Virus record (IMG/VR): IMGVR_UViG_3300043118_000026
Location: 1-34,301 of that record
Source of the DNA: a virus
Taxonomy: Duplodnaviria > Caudoviricetes
Length of the DNA: 34,301 nt
Reading direction: 5' to 3' (one strand)
In this document: positions 17,389 to 26,078 of the stretch, one piece after another
How the letters are laid out: the number at the start of each line of letters is the position of its first letter
How positions within the stretch are numbered: the first letter of the stretch is position 1
Made by a program: the position numbers and the translations under genes
The notes under the pieces: generated by a model
What the model saw: only the letters and a program-made list of their open reading frames with translations
What the model was told of the DNA's origin: nothing
Database searches by the model: none

Positions 17389-17967
17389 GGAGTCTTCCTC
17401 CTGGTCTGCTTCGTTGATTGCCATGCGGGCGGCCGCCAGTTCGGTAATAGCGCCGTCATCAATCGCAGGCGTGTTGGTAAGTGCTAGGTGCAACAGATCC
17501 AGCACGGCGCCGGTGGTGGCGTCATACGGGAACACGGGGGAGAGGTAGCGCATTTCGGGCGGCTCACCATTGGGGCCTGGCGTGATCGCTTCCTTGGCCT
17601 TGGCGGTCCACCTCACGTGGCCGTAGAGGCCATCGCTGCGCCACTCCAGTGAGCGTGGGTCTACCCAACCACTGGCCGGAGCCGGTTTGCCGTTAACCTC
17701 AGACAGCAGAATCTGGTGCTCGTAATCAACGGCAATGTCTGTGCTGCGACTGGAAGCCTTGCGGATCACTTCCTGGGCGTGGGCTTCGTCCAGGTACCAC
17801 GGCCCTTTTCCAGACATGGAGCCCCTTGGCGCGTTGAACTGGCCGGAGGGGATCAGCCGGGTCTTGTCGTCGGTCAGCCGAACTTCCAGGGCACACACCG
17901 CAATGGGTGGGCGTTTGCCCTGGGCGCAGACTGCTATGGTCGGGTACTTCGATGCGTGTCGTTTCAT
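16831..17967 (-). CDS. Head maturation protease I (Mu gp32)
   Basis: VDYEHQ, APASGW, RYLSPVF, ALTNTPA motifs. Confidence 0.94.
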   Translation of the reverse strand: MKRHASKYPTIAVCAQGKRPPIAVCALEVRLTDDKTRLIPSGQFNAPRGSMSGKGPWYLDEAHAQEVIRKASSRSTDIAVDYEHQILLSEVNGKPAPASGWVDPRSLEWRSDGLYGHVRWTAKAKEAITPGPNGEPPEMRYLSPVFPYDATTGAVLDLLHLALTNTPAIDDGAITELAAARMAINEADQEEDSVKREELIKALGLKADATDEQINQELAALKSKAGQTDEIRQALELGDDDKPTEAVAALKSKAKAAEPDLTGYVPVAVYNELNQQLAVLKQGGETKELEELIDAGLKDGRIAGKAHADWLRGQGVAALKAHLKDAPGIAALKGATQVDGRKPPKDGDDKQLTEEQLAVCKNMGLDPETYRKNLAAQA

Positions 17968-17973
17968 GGGGCC

Positions 17974-18019
17974 AGATTGCCGGCCCGGGCATGGATGAAG
18001 GATATAAAGCGTTTTGGGA
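17974..18019 (-). promoter_or_regulatory. Putative activator-dependent late promoter (P_I equivalent)
   Basis: TCCCAAAACGCTTTA-N14-GCCCGGGCCG-G-CAATCT, same layout as 26033-26078. Confidence 0.7.
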
Positions 18020-18188
18020 GTTTTTGGGGGTCTGGCGGGGGTGTTGCGTGCGTGAGGGTTCGGGCTGAGAGTTCAGGTTGCCCGTTGCAGGCAATCTAAC
18101 GCGGGTCTAACGGGGGCTTCGTTGTTCTGTGGTGCGCTGGCCCCGGTTCGGAATCTTCGGGGCGCTGTAGCGCTTCTGAGGCGGTCGG

Positions 18189-18638
18189 CTAATTATCGCT
18201 GAGCGGTTCGCCCATGTAGTCCAGCAGAGTGTTCACCGCGTTGGCTTCATCGTCGCTGGAAAGGCCCAGCCATTCCCGGGACGGTATGCCTCGCTCCGGA
18301 TCGCCATAATGTTGGGTAGCGCCGTACTTGCTATCGGTGCCGTACTCTAACTGATCATCGTCCGCCTGGTAGCGCTGAGTGTCTCGCAGATAGGTATTCA
18401 ATACCAGTATCTCATCCTTGCGGCGCTTCTTGCGCTTGCGGTACTCATCACTCAGGGGCTCCCAGGGTTCGCCGCTCGGGCTCTCCTGGCGGTCGAAGCG
18501 CTCCCGGTGGCTGACCAGCAGATCCTCACCAATGGCCGCGAACGCCGGGCGGGCGTTACGGCCACGTTCGCCCAGCTGTTCCAGGGCGCGCTCCACCCGT
18601 TCGGTTTCAATGCGCCAGTCCAGGCTCACGCCGGCCAT
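18189..18638 (-). CDS. Virion morphogenesis protein G (Mu gp31)
   Basis: RF..QESP.G..W.PLS, YG.T.HYG, IP.R..LGLS motifs. Confidence 0.9.
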   Translation of the reverse strand: MAGVSLDWRIETERVERALEQLGERGRNARPAFAAIGEDLLVSHRERFDRQESPSGEPWEPLSDEYRKRKKRRKDEILVLNTYLRDTQRYQADDDQLEYGTDSKYGATQHYGDPERGIPSREWLGLSSDDEANAVNTLLDYMGEPLSDN

Positions 18639-19879
18639 CAGTCATCCTCTCCCCGGCGGTACAGGCGCACCCCCTGGCGCAGGCGGTCCAGCCCGGCCGC
18701 CTGTTCGTCGGTGGTGGTGATGCCGGCCCAGCCATCGCGGCCCCATTCGAAGATGGCCACGGCCGTGCCTTCATCACCAGGTAATGCAAACCGGGCCAGG
18801 TAACGCCGTCGCAGCACGGGGCGCTGGCCATCGCCTGGCAGTTCGGCGGCTACCCAGATCTCGTCTGGATCGCGCAGAGCGTTGGCCAGTACGCCCATGT
18901 ACCGGCCGTCGGTGCCGGCGGGCAGCTGCCAGCTGTCGTCCGCTGCCAGGAACAGGGCGTCACTGATCGGCAGGGGCTCACCCATGGGGTCTTCAAAGCG
19001 CATCATCTGGCCGTCACGGCGGGCACCGAATACGCCTAGGAACCGGTCCACGGCCGTGGGGGTATCTTCGGCCTGGCTGGGGAGGTCATCGGCAAAGGTG
19101 CGGGCCTCGGGCATTGGGTCGCTGGCTGGCCGGCGCGGGAATGGGCCGGTGGTGCCTCGCAGCGGGCCATCCATCTGGGGCGGGGTTACGCCCCGCACAC
19201 GGCCGGCGCCGGGGCGGTGTTCAAAGCCGGGGTCTATGCCCTTGGGTACGCGCACGGTGCGGGGGCTGGGGCCGTTGGCACCCACCACCTTTTCCTCGTA
19301 TTCGATATCGGGGCCCCGGTCCAGCACGGTGTAGCCCCGGCGCTCCGCTTCCTTCTGGCTGATCATGTATTTCTTGCAGGTGCAGCCCCAGCCATTTTTA
19401 GGTGTCCACCGCTGCCACCAGGCGTCGTCAAGAGGTACCACCATGCCATCGTTCGCCAGGTGTTCCGGGCGCGGGTTTTCGCTGCCGCCGTGGCGGTACA
19501 ACCCGTACGGCCGCAGGCGGCGCAGCTCCGGGTCTGACATCTGCGCCTCACGCCCGGCGTTGTAGCTCTGCATCAGGTTGGTTTCATAGATCACGCGGGT
19601 GCGCCAGCCCCGGGAGCCGTTGTAGCTCCAGCCGTGGCGCTCCACGATCTTGTCAAAATCCTTGCGGAAGTCCTGCAGGGTGCCGCCGTTTTCGATCGCT
19701 TTCAGCACAGAGCGCTGGAAGTCTTCCACGATGGCCATGCGGTTGGCACCGGCCACCATGAACGCGTGGTCGTGCTCGCTGCCGTAGATATCCGTCCAGG
19801 CGCGGGTGGGTATGGCCACCTTCTGGCGCAGGTAGTCAATCTGCTCACGGAACGGCAGGTTGCCATAGCGCACGGCCAT
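18638..19879 (-). CDS. MuF (gp30) head morphogenesis protein with C-terminal extension
   Basis: HAFMVAGA, RTRVIYETN, R..H...DG, P.NGWGC.C, GIDPGF, then ~170 extra aa containing DPDEIW and RRRYL. Confidence 0.92.
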   Translation of the reverse strand: MAVRYGNLPFREQIDYLRQKVAIPTRAWTDIYGSEHDHAFMVAGANRMAIVEDFQRSVLKAIENGGTLQDFRKDFDKIVERHGWSYNGSRGWRTRVIYETNLMQSYNAGREAQMSDPELRRLRPYGLYRHGGSENPRPEHLANDGMVVPLDDAWWQRWTPKNGWGCTCKKYMISQKEAERRGYTVLDRGPDIEYEEKVVGANGPSPRTVRVPKGIDPGFEHRPGAGRVRGVTPPQMDGPLRGTTGPFPRRPASDPMPEARTFADDLPSQAEDTPTAVDRFLGVFGARRDGQMMRFEDPMGEPLPISDALFLAADDSWQLPAGTDGRYMGVLANALRDPDEIWVAAELPGDGQRPVLRRRYLARFALPGDEGTAVAIFEWGRDGWAGITTTDEQAAGLDRLRQGVRLYRRGEDD

Positions 19880-21498
19880 TAATTCACCTCATCCAGCAGG
19901 TCTGAACGGCCGGCCAGTTCAGCGGCGGCCAGGGCATCGCCCATGAGTTCGGCCAGGTCGTTAATGGGCAGCTCGGCGGAGATCTCCACCAGCCGATCGC
20001 GCAGGTCTTCCAGGCTTTCGGCCTGTTCCACCGCCTGGCGGATTACTTCCACCTGGGCGTTTTCAGCATCGGTGGCGGCCGTTGCCAGCGTTTTCAGCTG
20101 GGCGCCCTGTTCTTCGCCGTCGCGGATGGGCTCGTCCTGTTTCAGGGCGGCCACCGGTTTGGTGGCCAATGCCTGGCGCAGGGCGCCCAGGCCCTGGGGC
20201 TGCGGCTTTACTTTGGGCTGCAGTACTTCGTCGTCATCACTGGCGCGGGGTATGCCCGTGCGCTCGTGCAGCCACCACACCGGGACGCGCGCGCCCATGT
20301 CGACAAACACCGGCAGGGATTCAGAGAGGGTTTTGTAGTCCTCGGTTTCGCCGGTGTCCAGGTAGAAGCGCGGGGCCCGGTTTACCCGTTCAATGCCAAA
20401 GTTCAGGCAGGCCATCGGCCACAGGATGTCGCGGCGGATGGTGCCGGCGTACTGGCGGATGTCTGACTTGATCAGGCTGTTCTGGCCGCGCTCGTGGACG
20501 TTGCCCAGGGCGTTGGTGTTGGTGCCTTCGCCGGTACCACTGGTGAGAGTGCCGCCCAAAATCGCTTTGGCCTTGGCGCGCTCACACCAGTTGATCATTA
20601 CTTCATAGACATCAGACCGGCCCTGGGCGGCTTCCAGGAAGTCGATCGCCATGCCGTCCGGGATGATGCCGGCGGCGTTCTGACCCAGGCTGACCACGGC
20701 CCGCAGCAGCGTGGCTTTTTCCTTGTCGGAGGCGTTGCGCGGGTATTTGCCCACGCGGGCGGGCATACCGTAGATTTCCAGCAGCTGGGCCAGATCGCCA
20801 AGGGCGTAGTTCTGGAACAGGTACGGCCACACCAGCATGCGGGCCAGGCCGCTGCGGGCAATGTAGCCCGGCTTGGCCTTGTGGCGGTGCTGCACCCAGC
20901 CCAGCGGCCACAGCGGGGCGCCGGTGGCGCTCATGTCGCGCAGGGTAATCTGGTTCTGGTCATCCGGGTGCAGCCGAAACCAGGAATGCGGGCACAGCTC
21001 CGGCTGGCCAATGTGGCGCAGGCTGCCGTCACGATCCCAACGCAACACCAGGTTGGCGAAGCCGTGGCCGATGCCTGAGCCCATGTCCAGGATGAGGTCT
21101 TCCACCGCCAGGGAGCTGAACACCTCGGCGGCGTGGTCTGCCGCCTTACGCTCGGCGCGGTTGGCACCATCCGGCGGGACAATCTGCCACTCCAGCTCGG
21201 CGGCCAGTTGCCGGCGCTTGGCGAGATCCGACCCGATCTGTGGGTCTTTCTCTTCCATATCCTCGAACAGCTCATGCTGAGCCTTGAGGTCGCCTTGCTC
21301 GGCCGCTTCCAGGATGTTGTAGAGCTTGGCCGGGGTTAGCCCCTTTGTGGGGTGTTCGGCAAACTCACGGCGCAGCATGCCCACGCGGGCATCGTTGGTC
21401 TGTTCGTCTTCCAGGGCTTTTTCAATATCGTCTTTGTCTGCGCCGTCGTCACCAGCCAGGCGACTGATCAGGCGTTTCAAGTTCGGTAGGTTTACCAT
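19879..21498 (-). CDS. Portal protein (Mu gp29/DUF935)
   Basis: LFEDMEEKD, EIYGMP.R.GKYP, KAILGGTLTS, NALGNVH motifs. Confidence 0.95.
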   Translation of the reverse strand: MVNLPNLKRLISRLAGDDGADKDDIEKALEDEQTNDARVGMLRREFAEHPTKGLTPAKLYNILEAAEQGDLKAQHELFEDMEEKDPQIGSDLAKRRQLAAELEWQIVPPDGANRAERKAADHAAEVFSSLAVEDLILDMGSGIGHGFANLVLRWDRDGSLRHIGQPELCPHSWFRLHPDDQNQITLRDMSATGAPLWPLGWVQHRHKAKPGYIARSGLARMLVWPYLFQNYALGDLAQLLEIYGMPARVGKYPRNASDKEKATLLRAVVSLGQNAAGIIPDGMAIDFLEAAQGRSDVYEVMINWCERAKAKAILGGTLTSGTGEGTNTNALGNVHERGQNSLIKSDIRQYAGTIRRDILWPMACLNFGIERVNRAPRFYLDTGETEDYKTLSESLPVFVDMGARVPVWWLHERTGIPRASDDDEVLQPKVKPQPQGLGALRQALATKPVAALKQDEPIRDGEEQGAQLKTLATAATDAENAQVEVIRQAVEQAESLEDLRDRLVEISAELPINDLAELMGDALAAAELAGRSDLLDEVN

Positions 21499-23036
21499 GC
21501 GCCACCTCCAATGCCGAAGCCGGGCCCGATCGCCTCGTCTTCGTCATCATCAAAACTGCTGCCCGGCCGGGGGGCCGGGGTGAATTCAATCTCTACGCCG
21601 TCCATGTCGGAGGCGCTGTCGGCCAGTACACAGGCCATGGCGGCATCGCCGTGGCGGGTGCCGTCTTTGTTGGTTTTGCCTTCCGGCAGGCGGGCCACAC
21701 CGCGCACCAGGGTGAACGCGCGGTGGTCTTCCAGCACGTCATCGGATTTCGGGATGGTGATGGTGCCGTCTTCAAACCGCGCCTTGTAGCGGGGCATGCG
21801 CTCCCGGTACCAACTTTCGGTGGCCATCACCTGGTCTACCAGTGAGCCCCATTCGTCCAGGGCGGCTTCCCCGATGTAGGAGCCATTGCCCCGGCTGTCG
21901 ATGGCCACGCCACACAACCTGGGCAGGCCGCTGCCCACGGCGAACAGCACCTGTTCCTGTTGCTTGAAGGGCACGTTGTGCATTTCCACGAGGAAGGGCA
22001 CCGTGCGGTGCAGGGTGGAGCCGATCTCCATGGGCGCAATCACCGACAAGTCACCACTGCGGGCAAAATCCTGGCCCAACGCGTGGCGGCGTTTGGGGTC
22101 CAGGGTGCGCAGCAGTGGGGTCAGGTTGTCGCGTATCCAGTCATCCATTTCAGCCCGGCGGGCGGGCTCTGGCAGGGCGTTGAAATCGCGGGTGCCGTTG
22201 AATCTCAAAATCGGCGCTTCAGCCATGCAGGCTTCAATCTGCACGCGGGTCAGGTAGCTGCCGCCGCCCAGGGCCGGGATGCAGAATAGCTCTTCATCTT
22301 CGTTGGGCTTGTAGCGGTTGATCAGCTGCTGGCGCCACTGGGCTTCGCCCTCGCGGCTCCACTGCTTGCCGGTTACCTGGCAGATCCGCTTATACAAGCC
22401 GTCGCTCAGGGCATCGTCCAGGTCTACCCGGTGCAGGCTGTAGTCGTAACGGCCGGCGCGAATGTCGTTGATCAGCTCGTTAAATGGATTGTCTTCGCCG
22501 TTGTGGGTGCTGATGATCCGGATCTGGCCACCCCAGATGGTCATGGCCATGGCGGCTTTCAGCAGCTCTTCGATGTCATCCACAAACGCGGCTTCATCAA
22601 TCACCAGGCGTTCACCGGGGCGGCCCTTGGAGCGCAGGTTGCGCGGGTTGTTGGTAAAGGCCTGGATCTGGTGGCCGGAATCAAACTTGATGGTGTAAGT
22701 GAGGATCTGTTTGTCGTCCGCCTCAATCACAGACTCTTCGATCTGGCTGGCCGCTGCCTGGTAGGCCTTGGCCCACCCGGCGCAATCCTGAATAAAGGTC
22801 TGGGTCATTTCCTTGTTGTAGGAGATGTAATAGACGTTGGCGCCTTCATCGCTGGCCGCGTACAGCACGTCGTCCGCTGCTTCGGCGTAGGAAACACCGA
22901 TGCGGCGGCTTTTCTCAATGACCTTTACTGCGGCGTTATCAGCCACCCAATTTTGCTGATAGCCCAGCAGAATGGCATTGGACTGTTGTGGCTGGCTGTG
23001 CTCCGCCACGGCCTTGGATAGGCGGCTACGGGTCAT
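21492..23036 (-). CDS. Terminase large subunit (Mu gp28)
   Basis: EKSRRIG.S, VIDEAAF, ISTHNG, G.DFAR.GDLS, RHGD motifs. Confidence 0.95.
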   Translation of the reverse strand: MTRSRLSKAVAEHSQPQQSNAILLGYQQNWVADNAAVKVIEKSRRIGVSYAEAADDVLYAASDEGANVYYISYNKEMTQTFIQDCAGWAKAYQAAASQIEESVIEADDKQILTYTIKFDSGHQIQAFTNNPRNLRSKGRPGERLVIDEAAFVDDIEELLKAAMAMTIWGGQIRIISTHNGEDNPFNELINDIRAGRYDYSLHRVDLDDALSDGLYKRICQVTGKQWSREGEAQWRQQLINRYKPNEDEELFCIPALGGGSYLTRVQIEACMAEAPILRFNGTRDFNALPEPARRAEMDDWIRDNLTPLLRTLDPKRRHALGQDFARSGDLSVIAPMEIGSTLHRTVPFLVEMHNVPFKQQEQVLFAVGSGLPRLCGVAIDSRGNGSYIGEAALDEWGSLVDQVMATESWYRERMPRYKARFEDGTITIPKSDDVLEDHRAFTLVRGVARLPEGKTNKDGTRHGDAAMACVLADSASDMDGVEIEFTPAPRPGSSFDDDEDEAIGPGFGIGGGAW

Positions 23037-23617
23037 GCCATGCCTCCCAGTATGGCTTCACGCAGGGCGGCCACGCCTTCGCTGGACAGACCCTGTGCCC
23101 GGGCGGCGGTTTCGGCACTGGCAGCTGCTTCCTCGGCAGCGCGTTCGCGCTCTTGCCGGCGGATCTCCGCTTCACGCTTGACGTTCTCCGAGCTGGCCTT
23201 TTCCAGGCGGGTGACAGACAGGGACAGTTCTTTGACCATCTCAATCACTGCCGGCATGGATTGTTCGGTCAGCTCGCCTTCCTGGAGTTTCAGGGCGAGG
23301 TCAAAGGCCATGGAGCGCAGCATTTCGTTCACCAGGTTGCCCAGTTGGCCCTGGGGCTGGGCGCCCAGCTTGGCTATCCACATTTCGGCCACTTCACGGC
23401 TCTGGCGCAGCTTCTCGCCCACCTGGTTCATGCGCACGGCGTAACGGTTCACGGCTGACTTGCTCAGCCGTTCTTCGTGGCCTTCGGCTTCCAGGATGTC
23501 GTTAATCTGTGCCGTGGCGTCCAGCTGGGTCACGCGTGGATCGCGCAGCAGCTCCTGGAGCTTTTCGCGTACGTCGTCCGGCAGGCGCTCAACGGAGCCC
23601 GGTCTGATTCTGGCCAT
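23033..23617 (-). CDS. Terminase small subunit (Mu gp27/DUF3486)
   Basis: SVERLP..VR..L...L and LSKSAVNRY motifs, synteny. Confidence 0.9.
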   Translation of the reverse strand: MARIRPGSVERLPDDVREKLQELLRDPRVTQLDATAQINDILEAEGHEERLSKSAVNRYAVRMNQVGEKLRQSREVAEMWIAKLGAQPQGQLGNLVNEMLRSMAFDLALKLQEGELTEQSMPAVIEMVKELSLSVTRLEKASSENVKREAEIRRQERERAAEEAAASAETAARAQGLSSEGVAALREAILGGMA

Positions 23618-23620
23618 GGC

Positions 23621-23917
23621 TCAGCCCTCCAGGCGTGGGCGGGCCACACCGGGCACGCGGGCACGACCCATAGCCACATCTTCGCCACGGGCGGTCAGGC
23701 GCACCACCTGGATGTCACCAGTCTGGGTGATGGTGACCAGCCCCTGTTCCTCCAGCCACGCGAGTTCGGTGCGCAGAGCATCCCGCGACACGGTATGGCC
23801 AACGCTGCCCAGAACGCTGCGCAATACGGCTTCGTTGTGGCTGTAGCCGGGATCTTGTTCCAGGGCCTGCAGAATCACCAGGCGTTGGTCCGCTGCAGTG
23901 TATTGGCGATAATCCAT
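23621..23917 (-). CDS. Mu gp26-like protein
   Basis: RLVILQ.L, VSRD.....LAWLEEQGLV, LTARGEDVA.G...VPGV.RP motifs. Confidence 0.88.
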   Translation of the reverse strand: MDYRQYTAADQRLVILQALEQDPGYSHNEAVLRSVLGSVGHTVSRDALRTELAWLEEQGLVTITQTGDIQVVRLTARGEDVAMGRARVPGVARPRLEG

Positions 23918-23919
23918 TG

Positions 23920-24327
23920 TTAGCTGCTCCGCTTTTCGTTTAACAGGTATTCGCTGATCATGCCCAGCTGCCGGTTGACCGCGGCCAGCTGGCCGCTCAT
24001 GTTTTCCATTTGTTCGGCTACCCGGCTCATGCGCTTGTGGGTGATTGCCAGGTCTTCATGGGTGGGCATTCGCTCAAGCTCTTTTTCAACCACGTCCATT
24101 CGGCGCTCCAACACGCCCGCGCGGCGCTCCAGGCTTCCCAGTGCCTGCTCGTTGTCGTCCTGCTTTTCGTCTATGCGTTGCTTGAGGTCGTCACCCAGCC
24201 GCTCGATAGCCCGGGCGTTCACCTTGCTGCGCTGGACGATGTGGGTATAAAGGGCCAGGCACAGCAGTGCGGCCAGCTGCAGGACGTCCAGCACAAATCT
24301 CATGTAGCCGACATCTGGCCATTCCAT
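23920..24327 (-). CDS. Mu gp25/DUF2730-like membrane-anchored coiled-coil protein
   Basis: One N-terminal TM segment, coiled coil with MPT..DL, upstream of gp26. Confidence 0.75.
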   Translation of the reverse strand: MEWPDVGYMRFVLDVLQLAALLCLALYTHIVQRSKVNARAIERLGDDLKQRIDEKQDDNEQALGSLERRAGVLERRMDVVEKELERMPTHEDLAITHKRMSRVAEQMENMSGQLAAVNRQLGMISEYLLNEKRSS

Positions 24328-24336
24328 AGCGCGCCC

Positions 24337-24579
24337 TTATTCCGTTGGGTGGGTTGACTGGATGATGGATTCCAGCGTTTCTGCGTATTCGCGCCGGCCC
24401 CGGTCACGCTTGACGATCGCGCTGTAGGCTTCGTCACTCAGGCACTGCAGCTGCTCGCCATTAATGGCCGGCAGTTCGGGCCGGGGCGGCAGTGGCAGCG
24501 GTGTGGTGACGTATTCAACCGGCTGCGTCGTGCTGCAGCCGGAGAGGATCAAAGCGAGGAATAACCACCAATATTTCAC
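24337..24579 (-). CDS. o-spanin (Rz1-like lipoprotein)
   Basis: Lipobox LSGC after hydrophobic signal, proline-rich mature part. Confidence 0.8.
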   Translation of the reverse strand: MKYWWLFLALILSGCSTTQPVEYVTTPLPLPPRPELPAINGEQLQCLSDEAYSAIVKRDRGRREYAETLESIIQSTHPTE

Positions 24580-24824
24580 CAGTCGCCCTCCAGGTCGTTG
24601 CGTTTCTGGGTGTTGGGCTTTGTCCGCTGTTCGCGGTGGCGCTTGCCGGTGCGGGCCATGGCCTGGGTGGCTTTGGCCTGGGCATCACTGGCGGCCTGGT
24701 TGTGGTCCGCCCGGCGGGTTTCGGCCTGGCGTTTGGCTTTCTCGGCATCGCCCCGTTTTTTGAAGGCGAAGCCCAGGGAGCTGAGCACCAGGAAGATGGC
24801 GCCGGCTATCCATTCAATTCCCAT
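24576..24824 (-). CDS. i-spanin (Rz-like)
   Basis: N-terminal TM plus helical domain, overlaps o-spanin start by 4 bp. Confidence 0.75.
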   Translation of the reverse strand: MGIEWIAGAIFLVLSSLGFAFKKRGDAEKAKRQAETRRADHNQAASDAQAKATQAMARTGKRHREQRTKPNTQKRNDLEGDW

Positions 24825-25050
24825 TTTTTTTGGCCTCCAGATCTTTCTGTTTCCATTCGCGGCCGATCCAGATAGCCAGGATCATGGCCACGGCGCTGCC
24901 GTAGGCGGTGGCGCTCATTTCCGGCATGGTGCCCAGGGGGCCCAGGGTCATGCCGGCAATGAAGTATTTGATGGTGACGACCAGCCAGCTCACTGCCACA
25001 AAGGGCAGCGTGCGGCTGGGTTTGCCTCGGGTGTCTGGCCAGGCAATCAT
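24814..25050 (-). CDS. Probable holin
   Basis: 78 aa, two TM segments, charged C-terminus, between endolysin and spanins. Confidence 0.7.
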   Translation of the reverse strand: MIAWPDTRGKPSRTLPFVAVSWLVVTIKYFIAGMTLGPLGTMPEMSATAYGSAVAMILAIWIGREWKQKDLEAKKNGN

Positions 25051-25059
25051 TGGTTGCTC

Positions 25060-25461
25060 CTATTTGGGGTCAATGTTTCGGGCTTTTAGCCACTGCGCCA
25101 CATCGAAGCCGGGGCACTCTTTGCCTTCGTCGTAGTCTCGGTGGCCTCGGATCTTGGCGTTGGGATGCTCCCAGCGCAGATCCTTCAGCAGCTGCTCCAG
25201 GGCATCTTCCTGGTTTGGCGTGAATTCATCGGTACCAATCAGGCAAATTCCCAGGCTGTTGTCGTTATGGCCAGAGACGTGCGCACCCTGCCAATAGTGG
25301 GGACGGCCCGGCACCTCCTTGCCATCCAACTCGATGACGTAGTGATAACCGATACCTGACCAGCCGCGCTCCAGGTGCCAACGATGAATGTCCTCGGCAG
25401 TGAAGTGCTTGCCGTTGGGCGTTGCCGCGCAATGCACGACAATAAGTTTGATTTGACTCAT
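25060..25461 (-). CDS. Endolysin, N-acetylmuramoyl-L-alanine amidase (T7 lysozyme-like)
   Basis: IVVHCAAT, GWSGIGYH, GAHVSGHN, GHRD, K.CPGFDV zinc amidase motifs. Confidence 0.95.
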   Translation of the reverse strand: MSQIKLIVVHCAATPNGKHFTAEDIHRWHLERGWSGIGYHYVIELDGKEVPGRPHYWQGAHVSGHNDNSLGICLIGTDEFTPNQEDALEQLLKDLRWEHPNAKIRGHRDYDEGKECPGFDVAQWLKARNIDPK

Positions 25462-25988
25462 TCAGTTAGCTCCTTTTCGGCGTTGATGGTGCGCTGCCCC
25501 AGCTCCATCAGTCGGCGTACCTCGGCCCAGTCGCCGGCCTCCTGGGCAACGGCAATCTGGGCGCTGAGCACTTCGGCGAGGTCGCACAGCAGGCAGGCCA
25601 GGCTGAGTGCCTGGGCGGTGGGTTGTTCGGCGTTAGAGAATGGCTGGGGCTCGGGTGTTTCTAACGGTTTTTCGCAAGGGGGTTTACCTTGGGCGGTAGC
25701 CCGTTCCAACTGTTCTCGGCCCCATGGGGTGACGCTCAAGCCGTTCTGCTCAGGCTGGTCTTTCACCGCCTCGTATTCGAGGTAGCCGCTGGAACACAGC
25801 CAGTCCAAGTTAAGAGAGACCGCACCTTTGGCCTTGTTACTAACGGCGTTCATGGCCACGAAAATCAGCGGCAATGGAATCGCTGTGCGGCGCTGTTTTT
25901 GGAGATCGTGCAGGGTCTCCAGGAGCCGCAGATGCTGCTTGCTCGATGGCAGGATGACTGCCGTTGCTGCTGCTTTGGTTGTGGTCAT
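25458..25988 (-). CDS. Hypothetical protein, possible winged helix
   Basis: 176 aa first ORF after the late promoter, LDWL...GYLE...LSVTPWG pattern. Confidence 0.6.
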   Translation of the reverse strand: MTTTKAAATAVILPSSKQHLRLLETLHDLQKQRRTAIPLPLIFVAMNAVSNKAKGAVSLNLDWLCSSGYLEYEAVKDQPEQNGLSVTPWGREQLERATAQGKPPCEKPLETPEPQPFSNAEQPTAQALSLACLLCDLAEVLSAQIAVAQEAGDWAEVRRLMELGQRTINAEKELTE

Positions 25989-26032
25989 GGCCGCCTCGCC
26001 TGAGGATGGTTGGTCGACGTTATGTGACCTTC

Positions 26033-26078
26033 AGGCTATCGGCGCGGGCGATTAATGAGGGACTAAAGCTTTTTGGGA
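26033..26078 (-). promoter_or_regulatory. Putative activator-dependent late promoter (P_lys equivalent)
   Basis: TCCCAAAAAGCTTTA-N14-GCCCGCGCCG-A-TAGCCT, upstream box 14/15 identical to that at 18005-18019. Confidence 0.7.
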
